A stretch of DNA of 64,000 nucleotides from Candidatus Omnitrophota bacterium (lineage in GTDB: Bacteria > Omnitrophota > Gorgyraeia > 2-01-FULL-45-10), in assembly GCA_026387175.1 (NCBI GenBank), contig JAPLME010000006.1, positions 44,078-108,077 on the forward strand. Direction: 5' to 3'. A model generated the notes under the pieces. That model had not been told where the DNA came from. It made no database searches and was given only the letters and a program-made list of their open reading frames with translations. Both the position numbers and the translations under genes were made by a program. The first letter of the stretch is position 1, and every line of letters starts with the position of its first letter. Positions 43,493-52,857 of this stretch are shown in pieces.

Positions 43493-44584
43493 TCATGCGC
43501 CTTTCGATAAAAATCTGCCCGCCGCCTCCAGCACTTCATCAGCCTTTATGGACTTAAGGCACGACCTATCTTCGCAGATCTTGTATTTAAACTTTTTATA
43601 GCAGGGCCTGCAGGGGATGTCGCCTTTCGATATGACAATATGATCTTTGGACATCGGATACGGCCCGTATATATTTTCATCTACGGGCCCGAATATCGAC
43701 ACCGTATTCAACCCTAAGCCCACCGCCATATGCAGCGGACCGCCGTCATTGGTTATGATAAGCTTGCACCTGTTGATCAATCCTAGAAAATTCCTGAGGT
43801 TCGTTTTGCCGCAGGCCATTATAGCCTTGCTTTTTATCTTACTTTGGATATTATCACATATCTCTGTTTCGTGAGAATCGCCCAGAAGCACCACTTTAGC
43901 GCCGTAACGCTCCGCCAGGCCGTCGCACACCTTCGCGAATCCGTCGCTATCCCAGCGCCTGTGGCGCGCGTCGGCCCCCCAGCTCGCGCCGCATCCGGGT
44001 ATCACGCCTATCAAAGAATCGCTCTCGGTAACACCGTTAGCTTTCAGGAAGTCGTTTGCCCAGGCAATATCTTCGTTCGTTATATAGACTTTGGGGCTTG
44101 GTTTAAGATCCCTTATATTGATATCCAGAAATTTCAATATATCGCAGTAATATTCCACGACATGTTTTTCGTTGAAACCGTCTATATCTATCTTACGGGT
44201 AAGGAACCGGCCTCTCTTCCTGTAATTAAATCCGAATCTTTCCCGTATCCCTATAAGACCTAAGAGCAGGCTATACTGGTACCCCAATGAAAGATCGATG
44301 GCGATGTTGAATCTTTCCCGCATAAGGGTCATCAGGAAGTCCCAGATCAGTCTAAGACATCCCATCTTCGACCGCTCCCATGCTTTCCTGTAATCGTCTT
44401 TCTCGTATATAAAAAACTTATCGATCTTCGGGTTTGATCTTATGACCTCGTAAGATCTCTTATTACAAACGTAGCCTATAAAGCAGTCGCGATATCTGCT
44501 TTTCAATATCTCTACAAGCGGAGTAGAGAATAGGACATCTCCGATGCCAAAGGGATTTATAATAAGGATCTTTTTAATCTTCAT
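43493..44584 (-). CDS. ADP-heptose:LPS heptosyltransferase family (GT9) glycosyltransferase
   Basis: 363 aa; KILIINPFGIGDVLFSTP N-terminus and GT9 GT-B architecture (RfaC/RfaF/RfaQ family). Confidence 0.75.
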   Translation of the reverse strand: MKIKKILIINPFGIGDVLFSTPLVEILKSRYRDCFIGYVCNKRSYEVIRSNPKIDKFFIYEKDDYRKAWERSKMGCLRLIWDFLMTLMRERFNIAIDLSLGYQYSLLLGLIGIRERFGFNYRKRGRFLTRKIDIDGFNEKHVVEYYCDILKFLDINIRDLKPSPKVYITNEDIAWANDFLKANGVTESDSLIGVIPGCGASWGADARHRRWDSDGFAKVCDGLAERYGAKVVLLGDSHETEICDNIQSKIKSKAIMACGKTNLRNFLGLINRCKLIITNDGGPLHMAVGLGLNTVSIFGPVDENIYGPYPMSKDHIVISKGDIPCRPCYKKFKYKICEDRSCLKSIKADEVLEAAGRFLSKGA

Positions 44585-45843
44585 AAGCCGGTGGTCTTGG
44601 ATACCCTGATAATTGCGAGACTTGTACCTATGGCAAACCAGAAGAGGGTCGCCAGATTCAGAGAATATAGATTGGTGTCAAAGAAACTATGAACCAGAAA
44701 AGCGAAGACGCCGATAGATATACCCCAGAGAGCCGTCCGGTAAAAATCGTCTTTGATGACCTTTAACTCTTTTATAACCGCCCGGAAATATAAAATAATT
44801 AGAAATAGGAATCCGGCCAGCCCCACAACTCCAGTATCCGCCGCCATCTGCAGATAACAGTTATGGGCATAGCTCCCTTTCTTGCCTTTCCATTCGTCAT
44901 TCCTGTATTTCATAAAGTTAACGAAGAAAGTATTAAGTCCGTTACCTATCACAGGATGTTTGACGAATATCTGATAGGAAGTGCCAAGCATACTGACTCT
45001 GTCGCTGATGCTGCCCGTTGCGAATATAGCGCGCGTCATCTCGGTCTTGACCAGAACGGAGGCGGAAAGGACCAGGACAAGCAGGAGCACTATCCATATC
45101 TTGCGTTTTGAAAACGCCAGATATAACATGGATATGCCCAAGCCTATCCAGGCGCCTCTGGCCTTGGCCAGAAAAAAAAGATAGAACAATGCTGCCGATG
45201 CAAATCCCGTCAAATATCTGAGCACGGACCTCTTCATATCGAATAATGTGACACAGGCAATAGGCAGGAGCATCAGCAATATCCATGCCGCCAAATCGTT
45301 CGGATATGGAAAACACGCCGTAGGATACCCTCTGAAGAATCCTGCTCCATCGAAAATCGGACGCATACTGAAAGAAGGATAATTATGCAGCAGATCATAT
45401 CCTGTGGTGTAGTGCTGGACAAGGCCATCGATCGTTATTATCGCGATGGATAAAAATGCTACCGTCAAAAGATCCTTCAGCCGTTCCTTAGTCCTTATGG
45501 TGTCTGCCATCACAATACACAAAAATACGTATTTTAAAACTTTTGTAAAAAATGCTTTTATGCTGAGAGACGGATAAGCGGTATTAAAGAAAGAGGGTAG
45601 GATAGCGATAACAAATATTGCCAGGCCGATGCCCATCTCTATTTTTGCCGCCTTCACGTCCCGATTCAATAACTTTTGGGCTATCCACACAGCTATCGCG
45701 ATCGTTATGCCAATTTCTGATATTGATTTTGAAAAAGGCGCGGCGAAGACTACCGCATAGAGGCACCATTTTATCGTTTCACTAAAAATTATATCCAATC
45801 GCTCTCTATTATTCAAAATCCCTCTTTCCTTTATTCCTGCCAA
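44581..45843 (-). CDS. O-antigen ligase / Wzy_C-family polytopic membrane protein (WaaL-like)
   Basis: 420 aa with about 10-12 TM helices and a large loop carrying R..G...H-type Wzy_C features. Confidence 0.6.
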   Translation of the reverse strand: MAGIKERGILNNRERLDIIFSETIKWCLYAVVFAAPFSKSISEIGITIAIAVWIAQKLLNRDVKAAKIEMGIGLAIFVIAILPSFFNTAYPSLSIKAFFTKVLKYVFLCIVMADTIRTKERLKDLLTVAFLSIAIITIDGLVQHYTTGYDLLHNYPSFSMRPIFDGAGFFRGYPTACFPYPNDLAAWILLMLLPIACVTLFDMKRSVLRYLTGFASAALFYLFFLAKARGAWIGLGISMLYLAFSKRKIWIVLLLVLVLSASVLVKTEMTRAIFATGSISDRVSMLGTSYQIFVKHPVIGNGLNTFFVNFMKYRNDEWKGKKGSYAHNCYLQMAADTGVVGLAGFLFLIILYFRAVIKELKVIKDDFYRTALWGISIGVFAFLVHSFFDTNLYSLNLATLFWFAIGTSLAIIRVSKTTGL

Positions 45844-46849
45844 ATCTACCCGTATCTACGAAAGCGAGCCTTACTCCCAGCGTCACCATCAAAATGATAA
45901 CACATCCGATCAGCACGAGAGCCGATTTAAGCGGCAGCCTTTGCACCAGCAGAGCCGATAGCCCGAGCACTACGCATATACCGTATATAGCTATAACGGT
46001 TCTTCTCTTCCTGAATCCCAGAAGAGCTATCCTATGCGACGAGTGGTCACGGCCGCCCTGGAATACGGAGCGTCCCTCGATCGATCTCATCACAGTGACG
46101 AGTATGGTGTCGAATATAGGGTAAGCCAGTATAAGTATCGGCATAGCAAGTGACGTGGTAAGAAATCTTGTGCTCCAGCTTCCCATTACAGCGAGCGCCG
46201 CCAGCACAAAACCTAACACCAGGCTTCCCGTATCTCCCATAAATATGCTCGCCTTTGGGAAATTGTGCCTCAAAAAACCGAGGCCGGCGCCTGCGAGAGC
46301 AAACGCTATGATCGCTACGTCTATCTGATTACTCGTGCACATGACAATCCCGAAGAATACCGAAGCTATCACGGCTATTCCCGCCGAAAGGCCGTTCATG
46401 TTATCCAGAAGATTAAACGCATTGGTGATGCCAACTATCCAGAAGTATGTAAACAGTGTATCAAGATAGTAATTATGCAGAAAGTCCACCCTGACTCCTG
46501 ACTTGATCACTATCATCGCCGCAAGAAATTGGCCTAGTAATTTTACCTCGGGCATCATCCCCATCCTGTCGTCTACAAGGCCGACGATCAGCAGGAATGT
46601 GGCTCCGGTAATGATGCTAACCAATTTGATATCCAATGTAAAGCCGATGGTGGTAATGAGTCCGGCTATAAATGATAGATAGATAGCGACACCTCCCAGA
46701 AGAGCTGTGGGATGGGCATGGACCTTATTGATCTTGGGATGGTCAATATATTTAAGCTTAATGGCAATATTTTTGATGACGGGAGTAATGATATAAGAGA
46801 TCACCGTCGTAAGCACGAAGATTTCGATAACGTTCTTTATCCTCAGCAT
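45809..46849 (-). CDS. Polyprenyl-phosphate hexose/HexNAc-1-phosphate transferase (MraY/WecA/WbpL family)
   Basis: 346 aa polytopic protein; DD motif region and NAFNLLDNMNGL signature of the PNPT family. Confidence 0.75.
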   Translation of the reverse strand: MLRIKNVIEIFVLTTVISYIITPVIKNIAIKLKYIDHPKINKVHAHPTALLGGVAIYLSFIAGLITTIGFTLDIKLVSIITGATFLLIVGLVDDRMGMMPEVKLLGQFLAAMIVIKSGVRVDFLHNYYLDTLFTYFWIVGITNAFNLLDNMNGLSAGIAVIASVFFGIVMCTSNQIDVAIIAFALAGAGLGFLRHNFPKASIFMGDTGSLVLGFVLAALAVMGSWSTRFLTTSLAMPILILAYPIFDTILVTVMRSIEGRSVFQGGRDHSSHRIALLGFRKRRTVIAIYGICVVLGLSALLVQRLPLKSALVLIGCVIILMVTLGVRLAFVDTGRFGRNKGKRDFE

Positions 46850-46865
46850 AAATCCACCCCGACCC

Positions 46866-47834
46866 TTATTTCTTAAAATACCTGATTATATTCATAAGCA
46901 TCTCTTCCAGATCCACCTTCGGCTGAAAACCTATAAGGTTCTTTATCTTCTTAATATCCGGCGCCCTGTGCCTCATATCCTCAAAACCTTTCTCATACGC
47001 CTTCTCGTAGGGAATATGCACAATGGGAGAATCCGATTTGGTGAGCTTCTTTATCTTCACCGCCAGGGCTTGTATCGAGATGGTATTGGGATTACCTATA
47101 TTGAATATCTCCCCCACGGCCTTCCGATTATTCGCAAGGGCCGTTATCGCCCGTACCGCATCCGAGACATAGGTGAAGCTTCTCGTCTGCTTCCCGTCCC
47201 CGTATATTATTATTGGTTTATCTAAGAGCGCGCATTTAACAAAACGCGGTACGACCATGCCGTACATACCGCTTTGGCGCGGACCCACTGTATTAAAAAA
47301 TCTCACGATGACCACCGGCAGCTTCTTCTCGCGCCAGTATGCCAGCGATAAAAATTCGTCCATAGCCTTAGCGCAGGAGTAGCTCCATCTCGAGATCGTG
47401 GTCGGGCCCAGCACCCTGTCATCGTCTTCTTTAAAGATTCTCTTCCCGGGCCTGTCCTTACCGTATATTTCCGAAGTGGACGCTATTATCACTTTCTTCT
47501 TACCAATAGAATTCGCGAGCTCCAGGACGATCTCGGTGCCCTGCACGTTCGTATGCATAGATTCAAGAGGATTGTCTATTATATATTTAACTCCTACGGC
47601 GGCCGCCATATGATATACGGTATCACAGTCTCTTACAAGGCGTTTCATCAGCTTCTCATTCATGATCGTGTCTATATACAGCGAAAATTTCGGATTGAGC
47701 TTCAGATGTTTGATATTTTCCATATTGCCCGTCGATAGATTATCTATGACCGCTACCTCTTCATTTCTCCGTAAGAGCTCTTCCGCGAGATGTGAACCGA
47801 TGAAGCCCGCTCCACCTGTTATAAGACTTTTCAT
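46866..47834 (-). CDS. NAD-dependent nucleotide-sugar epimerase/dehydratase (extended SDR)
   Basis: 322 aa; GGAGFIGSHL Rossmann motif and a YxxxK active site (YSCAK). Confidence 0.8.
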   Translation of the reverse strand: MKSLITGGAGFIGSHLAEELLRRNEEVAVIDNLSTGNMENIKHLKLNPKFSLYIDTIMNEKLMKRLVRDCDTVYHMAAAVGVKYIIDNPLESMHTNVQGTEIVLELANSIGKKKVIIASTSEIYGKDRPGKRIFKEDDDRVLGPTTISRWSYSCAKAMDEFLSLAYWREKKLPVVIVRFFNTVGPRQSGMYGMVVPRFVKCALLDKPIIIYGDGKQTRSFTYVSDAVRAITALANNRKAVGEIFNIGNPNTISIQALAVKIKKLTKSDSPIVHIPYEKAYEKGFEDMRHRAPDIKKIKNLIGFQPKVDLEEMLMNIIRYFKK

Positions 47835-47873
47835 GTCACTCTCCTTGTTATATTATTTCCGGCATAGCCGTTC

Positions 47874-48638
47874 TTAACGAGACTTACACAATACGCAGTA
47901 TCCTATTCCCAAGCTGAGATCCTTAAACATGTACTCCAGTGCGAAACAGATGCGGTGAATGAGGTTCACTCTGGAGACGAGGAGCTTCGAAATTCCTGAA
48001 AACTCACGTATGGCGCTGACGCGCGTCCTCTCGTTGAAACATTTATCCGTATCGGCCCCCTTACTCGCGCGATCCTTCCTGTCGAATAGCAGCATCGCGT
48101 TCGCAATATAATGAAAGACAAGCTGGCCATAGCACCAGCATAACATCGGCTCGAAACCGCCCTCTTTCAGAAGAGCGAGGAGAGCGGCCTTATCATATCG
48201 CCGGTAATGGCCGGCGTTCCTGTCGAACTTCGAATACAGCCTTCTGTGAGCGGGGACCGTCATTATCAGATACCCGTTCTTCTTTACCACCTTATCGTGG
48301 AGAGAGCGGATCATGCTCCTGTCGTCCTGTATATGTTCGAGGATATCGGTCAAAAAAACAAGATCAAACTGCTCATCAAGCTCAAGCGCGCTCTTCTTTT
48401 CAAGCCTTATGCGCGGAGAGGTTATCTTCGTTCTGGCCAGACTCAGGCTTTCGTCCGAAGTGTCTATGCCCTTCGCATCGGCCAACCGGTCTTCGAGGGC
48501 CAGCAACAGGTTGCCGACGCCGCAGCCGACATCGCAGACGCTCTTGACCCGGCTGCCCAATATCGACAACATCTTATCGATATAGACGTCCCGCGAATAT
48601 TCCGTAGGTGTGATCGCTTCCAGTTTATCGAACTTCAT
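47874..48638 (-). CDS. Class I SAM-dependent methyltransferase
   Basis: 254 aa; VCDVGCGVGNL motif I and downstream motifs (DLVFLTDILEH). Confidence 0.75.
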   Translation of the reverse strand: MKFDKLEAITPTEYSRDVYIDKMLSILGSRVKSVCDVGCGVGNLLLALEDRLADAKGIDTSDESLSLARTKITSPRIRLEKKSALELDEQFDLVFLTDILEHIQDDRSMIRSLHDKVVKKNGYLIMTVPAHRRLYSKFDRNAGHYRRYDKAALLALLKEGGFEPMLCWCYGQLVFHYIANAMLLFDRKDRASKGADTDKCFNERTRVSAIREFSGISKLLVSRVNLIHRICFALEYMFKDLSLGIGYCVLCKSR

Positions 48639-49630
48639 TGCTTTGGCGCCTTCCCTCCGAATGTTACTCCAACAAATTGAAAAATGCCCGCGGCAAATCC
48701 GAGCGTCACCATAAGCGCAAGCGGCAGTTTTATGGCCAGAGCGATCGGCACGAAAAAAAGGCCCCGGCGTTTGTACGCTATTTTTATAAAATCAATATTA
48801 AAGAGCACATACAGAATAAATGATGCAAGCGAAAGCGCAATAAGTAACCTGTTATTTATGATAAGGAACGGAATGATGCTCACAATGAAGAACGCGCCCG
48901 ATACGCTCGCCAGGCCTTCGGACGGGCTAGCGCACCAGTTATCGAATTTTCCGCCTCTTTTTAAAAAAAGCTCCGTCCAATCCCTCGACCTTAAGAAAAA
49001 TAATTTCATCTGTTTCCTGAAGGAGGGGTGAAAGTGCTGAACAACAATAGCCGGGTCGTAGGCGATCAGTATGCCGGCTTTTTTAAGACGTTCCCCGAAA
49101 TCAAAATCCTCGACCGATGCCGTCGTAATGTCCTCGTTAAACCCGCCCACTCTTTTGAAGGCATCTCTGGTTATACCGGCGGCCCTCAGCGCAAAAACGC
49201 TCACATATTTTGTCTTGGGCGTCCACGATTCGGTCAGAAGCGCCTTGAAATACGCGAAGTAACCCTTTTCGGCGGGCTCAATATCATATTCGCCCGCTAC
49301 GGCCGCTTCCCCTTTTTTAAAATTATCTACGAAAAGCTTCAGCGTATCCGGCCTCAAAATTACATCGGAGTCGAAGAATATCAGATGATCGCCCTTAGCT
49401 TCCCCTGCACCTCTGTTCCTTGCCGCGGCCGGCCCCGGATGGGCCTCGAGACGCAGATAGATGACATCCTTGAATTTATCGGTCGTCGCTTTGAGGTCGA
49501 GCGTCGAGCTGTCATCGACAACTATCACCTCAAGGGCGTCGGCGCATAAAGTCCTGTTTGTTTCAACAGACCTCAAGAACCTTTCAAGCTTATCCGGATT
49601 GTTATAAGCCGGCGTAATGACGGATATCAT
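48635..49630 (-). CDS. GT2 glycosyltransferase with C-terminal transmembrane segments
   Basis: ISVITPAYN...VVDDSST...DSDV (DXD) plus 2-3 C-terminal TM helices. Start set at MISVIT; the ORF opens at 49729. Confidence 0.7.
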   Translation of the reverse strand: MISVITPAYNNPDKLERFLRSVETNRTLCADALEVIVVDDSSTLDLKATTDKFKDVIYLRLEAHPGPAAARNRGAGEAKGDHLIFFDSDVILRPDTLKLFVDNFKKGEAAVAGEYDIEPAEKGYFAYFKALLTESWTPKTKYVSVFALRAAGITRDAFKRVGGFNEDITTASVEDFDFGERLKKAGILIAYDPAIVVQHFHPSFRKQMKLFFLRSRDWTELFLKRGGKFDNWCASPSEGLASVSGAFFIVSIIPFLIINNRLLIALSLASFILYVLFNIDFIKIAYKRRGLFFVPIALAIKLPLALMVTLGFAAGIFQFVGVTFGGKAPKQ

Positions 49631-49644
49631 CCACTTTTCCTTTT

Positions 49645-51051
49645 TCAACCGACAAGTATCTTTCGCGCCCTCTTCAGGAGCATCTTGAACTGATACGGCG
49701 TCCTCACCTCTACGAGAAGGCCGAGCCATATATGCGGTCTTATGTAAAACCGCGCGTTCGCGCTTTTCAGGCAGCGTTCGAGCATGTCAACGGGAAGGGG
49801 CGAAACCGAAGGAATGAACTGATAGTATAGAAACTTGTTCCAGTCGACATTTTCAAAATCGACTCTTCCCTTCCATTCATCATAGATCGCGCTTCCCGGA
49901 AGCGGCATGAGCGGAGAAAAGCTTGCTCTGTCCAACTTCAATCTTAACGCAAACTCTATGCTCTTCTTGATATCGTCCTCCGTTTCATCGGGATGCCCTA
50001 TAAGAAAAAATCCTGTGACTCTTATCTTTGTATGCTTTTTTACCAGGTTCAGCTTTTCTTCGATCTCCTTCGTCGTAAGGCTCTTTTGCAGTTTTTTCAG
50101 TATTCTGTCCGATCCCGATTCGATACCGATCGCCAAAGAATAGCAGCCCGCGCGCTCCATCAGCTGAAGCAGTTCCTTATCGAGGGCATCTATCCGCACG
50201 CCGTTAGGCAAAGATATCCACACCCTCAGGCCCCGTTCGATAATACCGGACAGCACCTCCCTCGCATACTCTTTGCCCATCGTGAAATTATCGTCTTCTA
50301 TCTGGAACTCCCTGACACCGAATTTTTTATTCAGATACTCTATCTCATCCAGCACGGCGGCGCTGCTTCTCCTGCGCATCTTCCTGCCATGTATCCTGAA
50401 ACTCGCGCAAAATGTGCACGAATAAGGGCATCCGCGGCTTGTAATGATCGGCGCTATCGGAAAAGACCTCGCGAACGTCCCATGAGGCGCTTCCGGGTAT
50501 CTCCTCGGATCCATAAGTTCCCATGCGGGCATCGGCAGGCTGTCCAGGTCGCCTATGTTCCTTATGGGATTGACACATACGGCGCCGGCGGCGTTCCTAT
50601 ACGCGATATTGCTGAGATTTGCCAGAACCGACGTATCTTTTACGTCGCTCCTCTTCAAACCCGCTATCTTGTCTATTATATTTTCGCCCTCTCCCAAGAC
50701 GGCAAGATCGGCATCTTTAAGAAACGCAAGCGTCTGATGCGGGTCGCCTGTCGCATGCGGCCCTCCGACGATTATCAGTGCCTCTTTCATGCGCTGCCGC
50801 GCTATCTCCAGCTGTTTTCTCGCAGTATAGAGCCCGTTCGTATAAAGCTGGAACCCGATCACATCGTACACCTCTCCCTTTAAGCGATCGGCGAAACCTT
50901 CAAGGGAAAGCCTCTCCTTGTCGCAGTCGAGAAATGTGACATCGTGCCCGGCGTTCCTCAACACAGACGCCAGATATCCCAAGCCGAGATTCGGCGCGAT
51001 AGTATAGCAATACTGGCTGATAGGCTTTACTAAAAGCACCCGTGCCATCAA
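49645..51051 (-). CDS. Cobalamin-binding (class B) radical SAM enzyme, paralog 3
   Basis: 468 aa; VLLVKP...LGLGYLAS...GGPH B12 domain and RGCPYSCTFC. Closest paralog of gene 34211-35593. Confidence 0.8.
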   Translation of the reverse strand: MMARVLLVKPISQYCYTIAPNLGLGYLASVLRNAGHDVTFLDCDKERLSLEGFADRLKGEVYDVIGFQLYTNGLYTARKQLEIARQRMKEALIIVGGPHATGDPHQTLAFLKDADLAVLGEGENIIDKIAGLKRSDVKDTSVLANLSNIAYRNAAGAVCVNPIRNIGDLDSLPMPAWELMDPRRYPEAPHGTFARSFPIAPIITSRGCPYSCTFCASFRIHGRKMRRRSSAAVLDEIEYLNKKFGVREFQIEDDNFTMGKEYAREVLSGIIERGLRVWISLPNGVRIDALDKELLQLMERAGCYSLAIGIESGSDRILKKLQKSLTTKEIEEKLNLVKKHTKIRVTGFFLIGHPDETEDDIKKSIEFALRLKLDRASFSPLMPLPGSAIYDEWKGRVDFENVDWNKFLYYQFIPSVSPLPVDMLERCLKSANARFYIRPHIWLGLLVEVRTPYQFKMLLKRARKILVG

Positions 51052-51938
51052 AAGATACCCCGGTAGACCAGCAAATACACAATCGCGCAGTAGCAGAGAA
51101 TGTTCACCAGGAACGGGATGTCTTTCAAAAGTATCTTCTCCGGGTTAGATCCGCCCCGCCTCATATTCACCAGATAGAGATACCTGAATATCCCATATGC
51201 TACGAACGGTATCGTGTATTTAAGCTTATCGGTCCCGTGCTTTGCGACCGTTTCGGCCGAAAGAGCATACAGCGCGTAACTGAGAATGGAGCACCCGGCC
51301 ACTATGGTAATGAGCTGGTCGAGGAACTCAAGGCTGTAGCCTTCTAGGCTTTTTCTGTGCTGCTTCGATCTCTCCAGAAGAAGCGCCATCTCGGCCCGCC
51401 TCTTGCAAAGCGCCAGAAATAATGCAAGCAAAAATGTGCATAAAAGGATCCATGATGATATCAGGGACGTGATACCGCTTACAGAGACACCGGCAAGCAG
51501 CCTAAGGATGAAGGCAAGCGATATGGCAAATACGTCTATGATAGAAATATGCTTTAGCGCCAGATCATATGCGATGTGGAGGACCAGGAATATCACGACT
51601 ATCGCAAACAATTTGCCGGAAAGCATCCACGCCCAGAAAAGGCCTGTCGATACAAGCGCGAACGATACACCCGCTGCCGGGCCTATATTCAGCTCGCCCT
51701 TGGCAATGGGCCTCTTACATTTATCGGGATGGTGCATATCCTCTTTCCTGTCTATGATATCGTTCAGGATATAAGAGGCCGATGATACTATGCAGAATAT
51801 GCAGAATATTTCAATAGTAGAAAAGAGCGTGGCGGGGTCACTGAGCTTCTTAGCGAAGAAAAGACCGGCAAAAACAATGATATTCTTTGTCCATTGCTCC
51901 GGACGCATGGATATTATTATCTTTTTGAGAATCTTCAT
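51048..51938 (-). CDS. UbiA-family polyprenyl-phosphate transferase (decaprenyl-phosphate phosphoribosyltransferase-like)
   Basis: 296 aa with about 8-9 TM helices. NDIIDRKED motif (Asp-rich motif 1) and HPDKCKRPIAKGEL resemble DPPR-synthase-type UbiA members. Confidence 0.65.
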   Translation of the reverse strand: MKILKKIIISMRPEQWTKNIIVFAGLFFAKKLSDPATLFSTIEIFCIFCIVSSASYILNDIIDRKEDMHHPDKCKRPIAKGELNIGPAAGVSFALVSTGLFWAWMLSGKLFAIVVIFLVLHIAYDLALKHISIIDVFAISLAFILRLLAGVSVSGITSLISSWILLCTFLLALFLALCKRRAEMALLLERSKQHRKSLEGYSLEFLDQLITIVAGCSILSYALYALSAETVAKHGTDKLKYTIPFVAYGIFRYLYLVNMRRGGSNPEKILLKDIPFLVNILCYCAIVYLLVYRGIF

Positions 51939-51948
51939 TAGCGGTCCT

Positions 51949-52851
51949 TTATTCTTTGTAAGCGTATGCGGTTATGAGCCCGCTGTTCTTCATCATGCCC
52001 AGCACTGCATCGATAGGCAGCGATAACGCATAAAAAAGCGGGTTCGTGAACGATACATTAATGCCGTGAGCATTCAGGAAACACTGCAGGCTCCCTATTG
52101 TGCCGAACGAAAAAAGATCATGCCGGATCTTCACCTTTCCAAATTCGCTCTTCTTCAAAATCGCGGTGAGCGATTTCGGAGAAAAATGGTAGAGATGCTT
52201 AGGCAAAAAAAGATGGAACCAGTATCGCTTAAATAAGCGAGCTTCCAGCGAATCGATATTTTGAACACCGATGACCGCAACCCCGCCCTTTTTAAGCAGC
52301 CTGTAGGCCTCCTTCAGCACCGACGAGGGATCGTACATATGCTCAAGCGTCCACCAGAATGTTATCGCATCGAAGCTCTCGGGCTTAAAATGAGCGTCCA
52401 CAAGGTCCCCCTCACGGATATCCAGTCCCAGCACATCCCTGCCATACCCGGTATAACCGATATCTATGCCTTTAACATCCCATCCGAGGGCCTTGAGTAC
52501 ATATATATACCTGCCGCTGCCGCACCCCACATCAAGGAGCGATCCCTTCCGCCTTAAAGGTATCTTCCTGAAAATATTAAAATACAATTTTTCGTAAAAT
52601 GCCGGCTTTCTTTCCGTCTTCTCCGGATCGTCCTCCAAATAATACTTGAGGAGAGATTCCCTGGATGGCCGGGGGCTCAGAAAAGCAAGCCCACATTTCC
52701 CGCATCTTACCACATTATATTCTCTCTTGCAGCGCTGTTTGATATTTGCCGCTTTCAAAAGCAGGGACGGATCATCGTTCCCGCACAATCCGCATCGTAC
52801 GGTTTCCAACTGTATACTGCTTTCGTCTATTGAGCTTCTATTTTGAGCCAT
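51949..52851 (-). CDS. Class I SAM methyltransferase with an N-terminal Cys4 zinc ribbon
   Basis: CGLCG...x17...CGKCG ribbon, then LDVGCGSGRY motif I. Confidence 0.7.
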   Translation of the reverse strand: MAQNRSSIDESSIQLETVRCGLCGNDDPSLLLKAANIKQRCKREYNVVRCGKCGLAFLSPRPSRESLLKYYLEDDPEKTERKPAFYEKLYFNIFRKIPLRRKGSLLDVGCGSGRYIYVLKALGWDVKGIDIGYTGYGRDVLGLDIREGDLVDAHFKPESFDAITFWWTLEHMYDPSSVLKEAYRLLKKGGVAVIGVQNIDSLEARLFKRYWFHLFLPKHLYHFSPKSLTAILKKSEFGKVKIRHDLFSFGTIGSLQCFLNAHGINVSFTNPLFYALSLPIDAVLGMMKNSGLITAYAYKE

Positions 52852-52857
52852 CGCGAA

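Noticed and set aside
49993-50883. 296-aa plus-strand ORF (similar cases at 60014-60673, 40408-41103, 36389-37042, 23274-23933)
   Set aside because: Each is antisense to a well-supported minus-strand gene with clear family motifs, and none shows a recognisable domain. The high GC3 of the minus-strand genes keeps the opposite strand open by chance.
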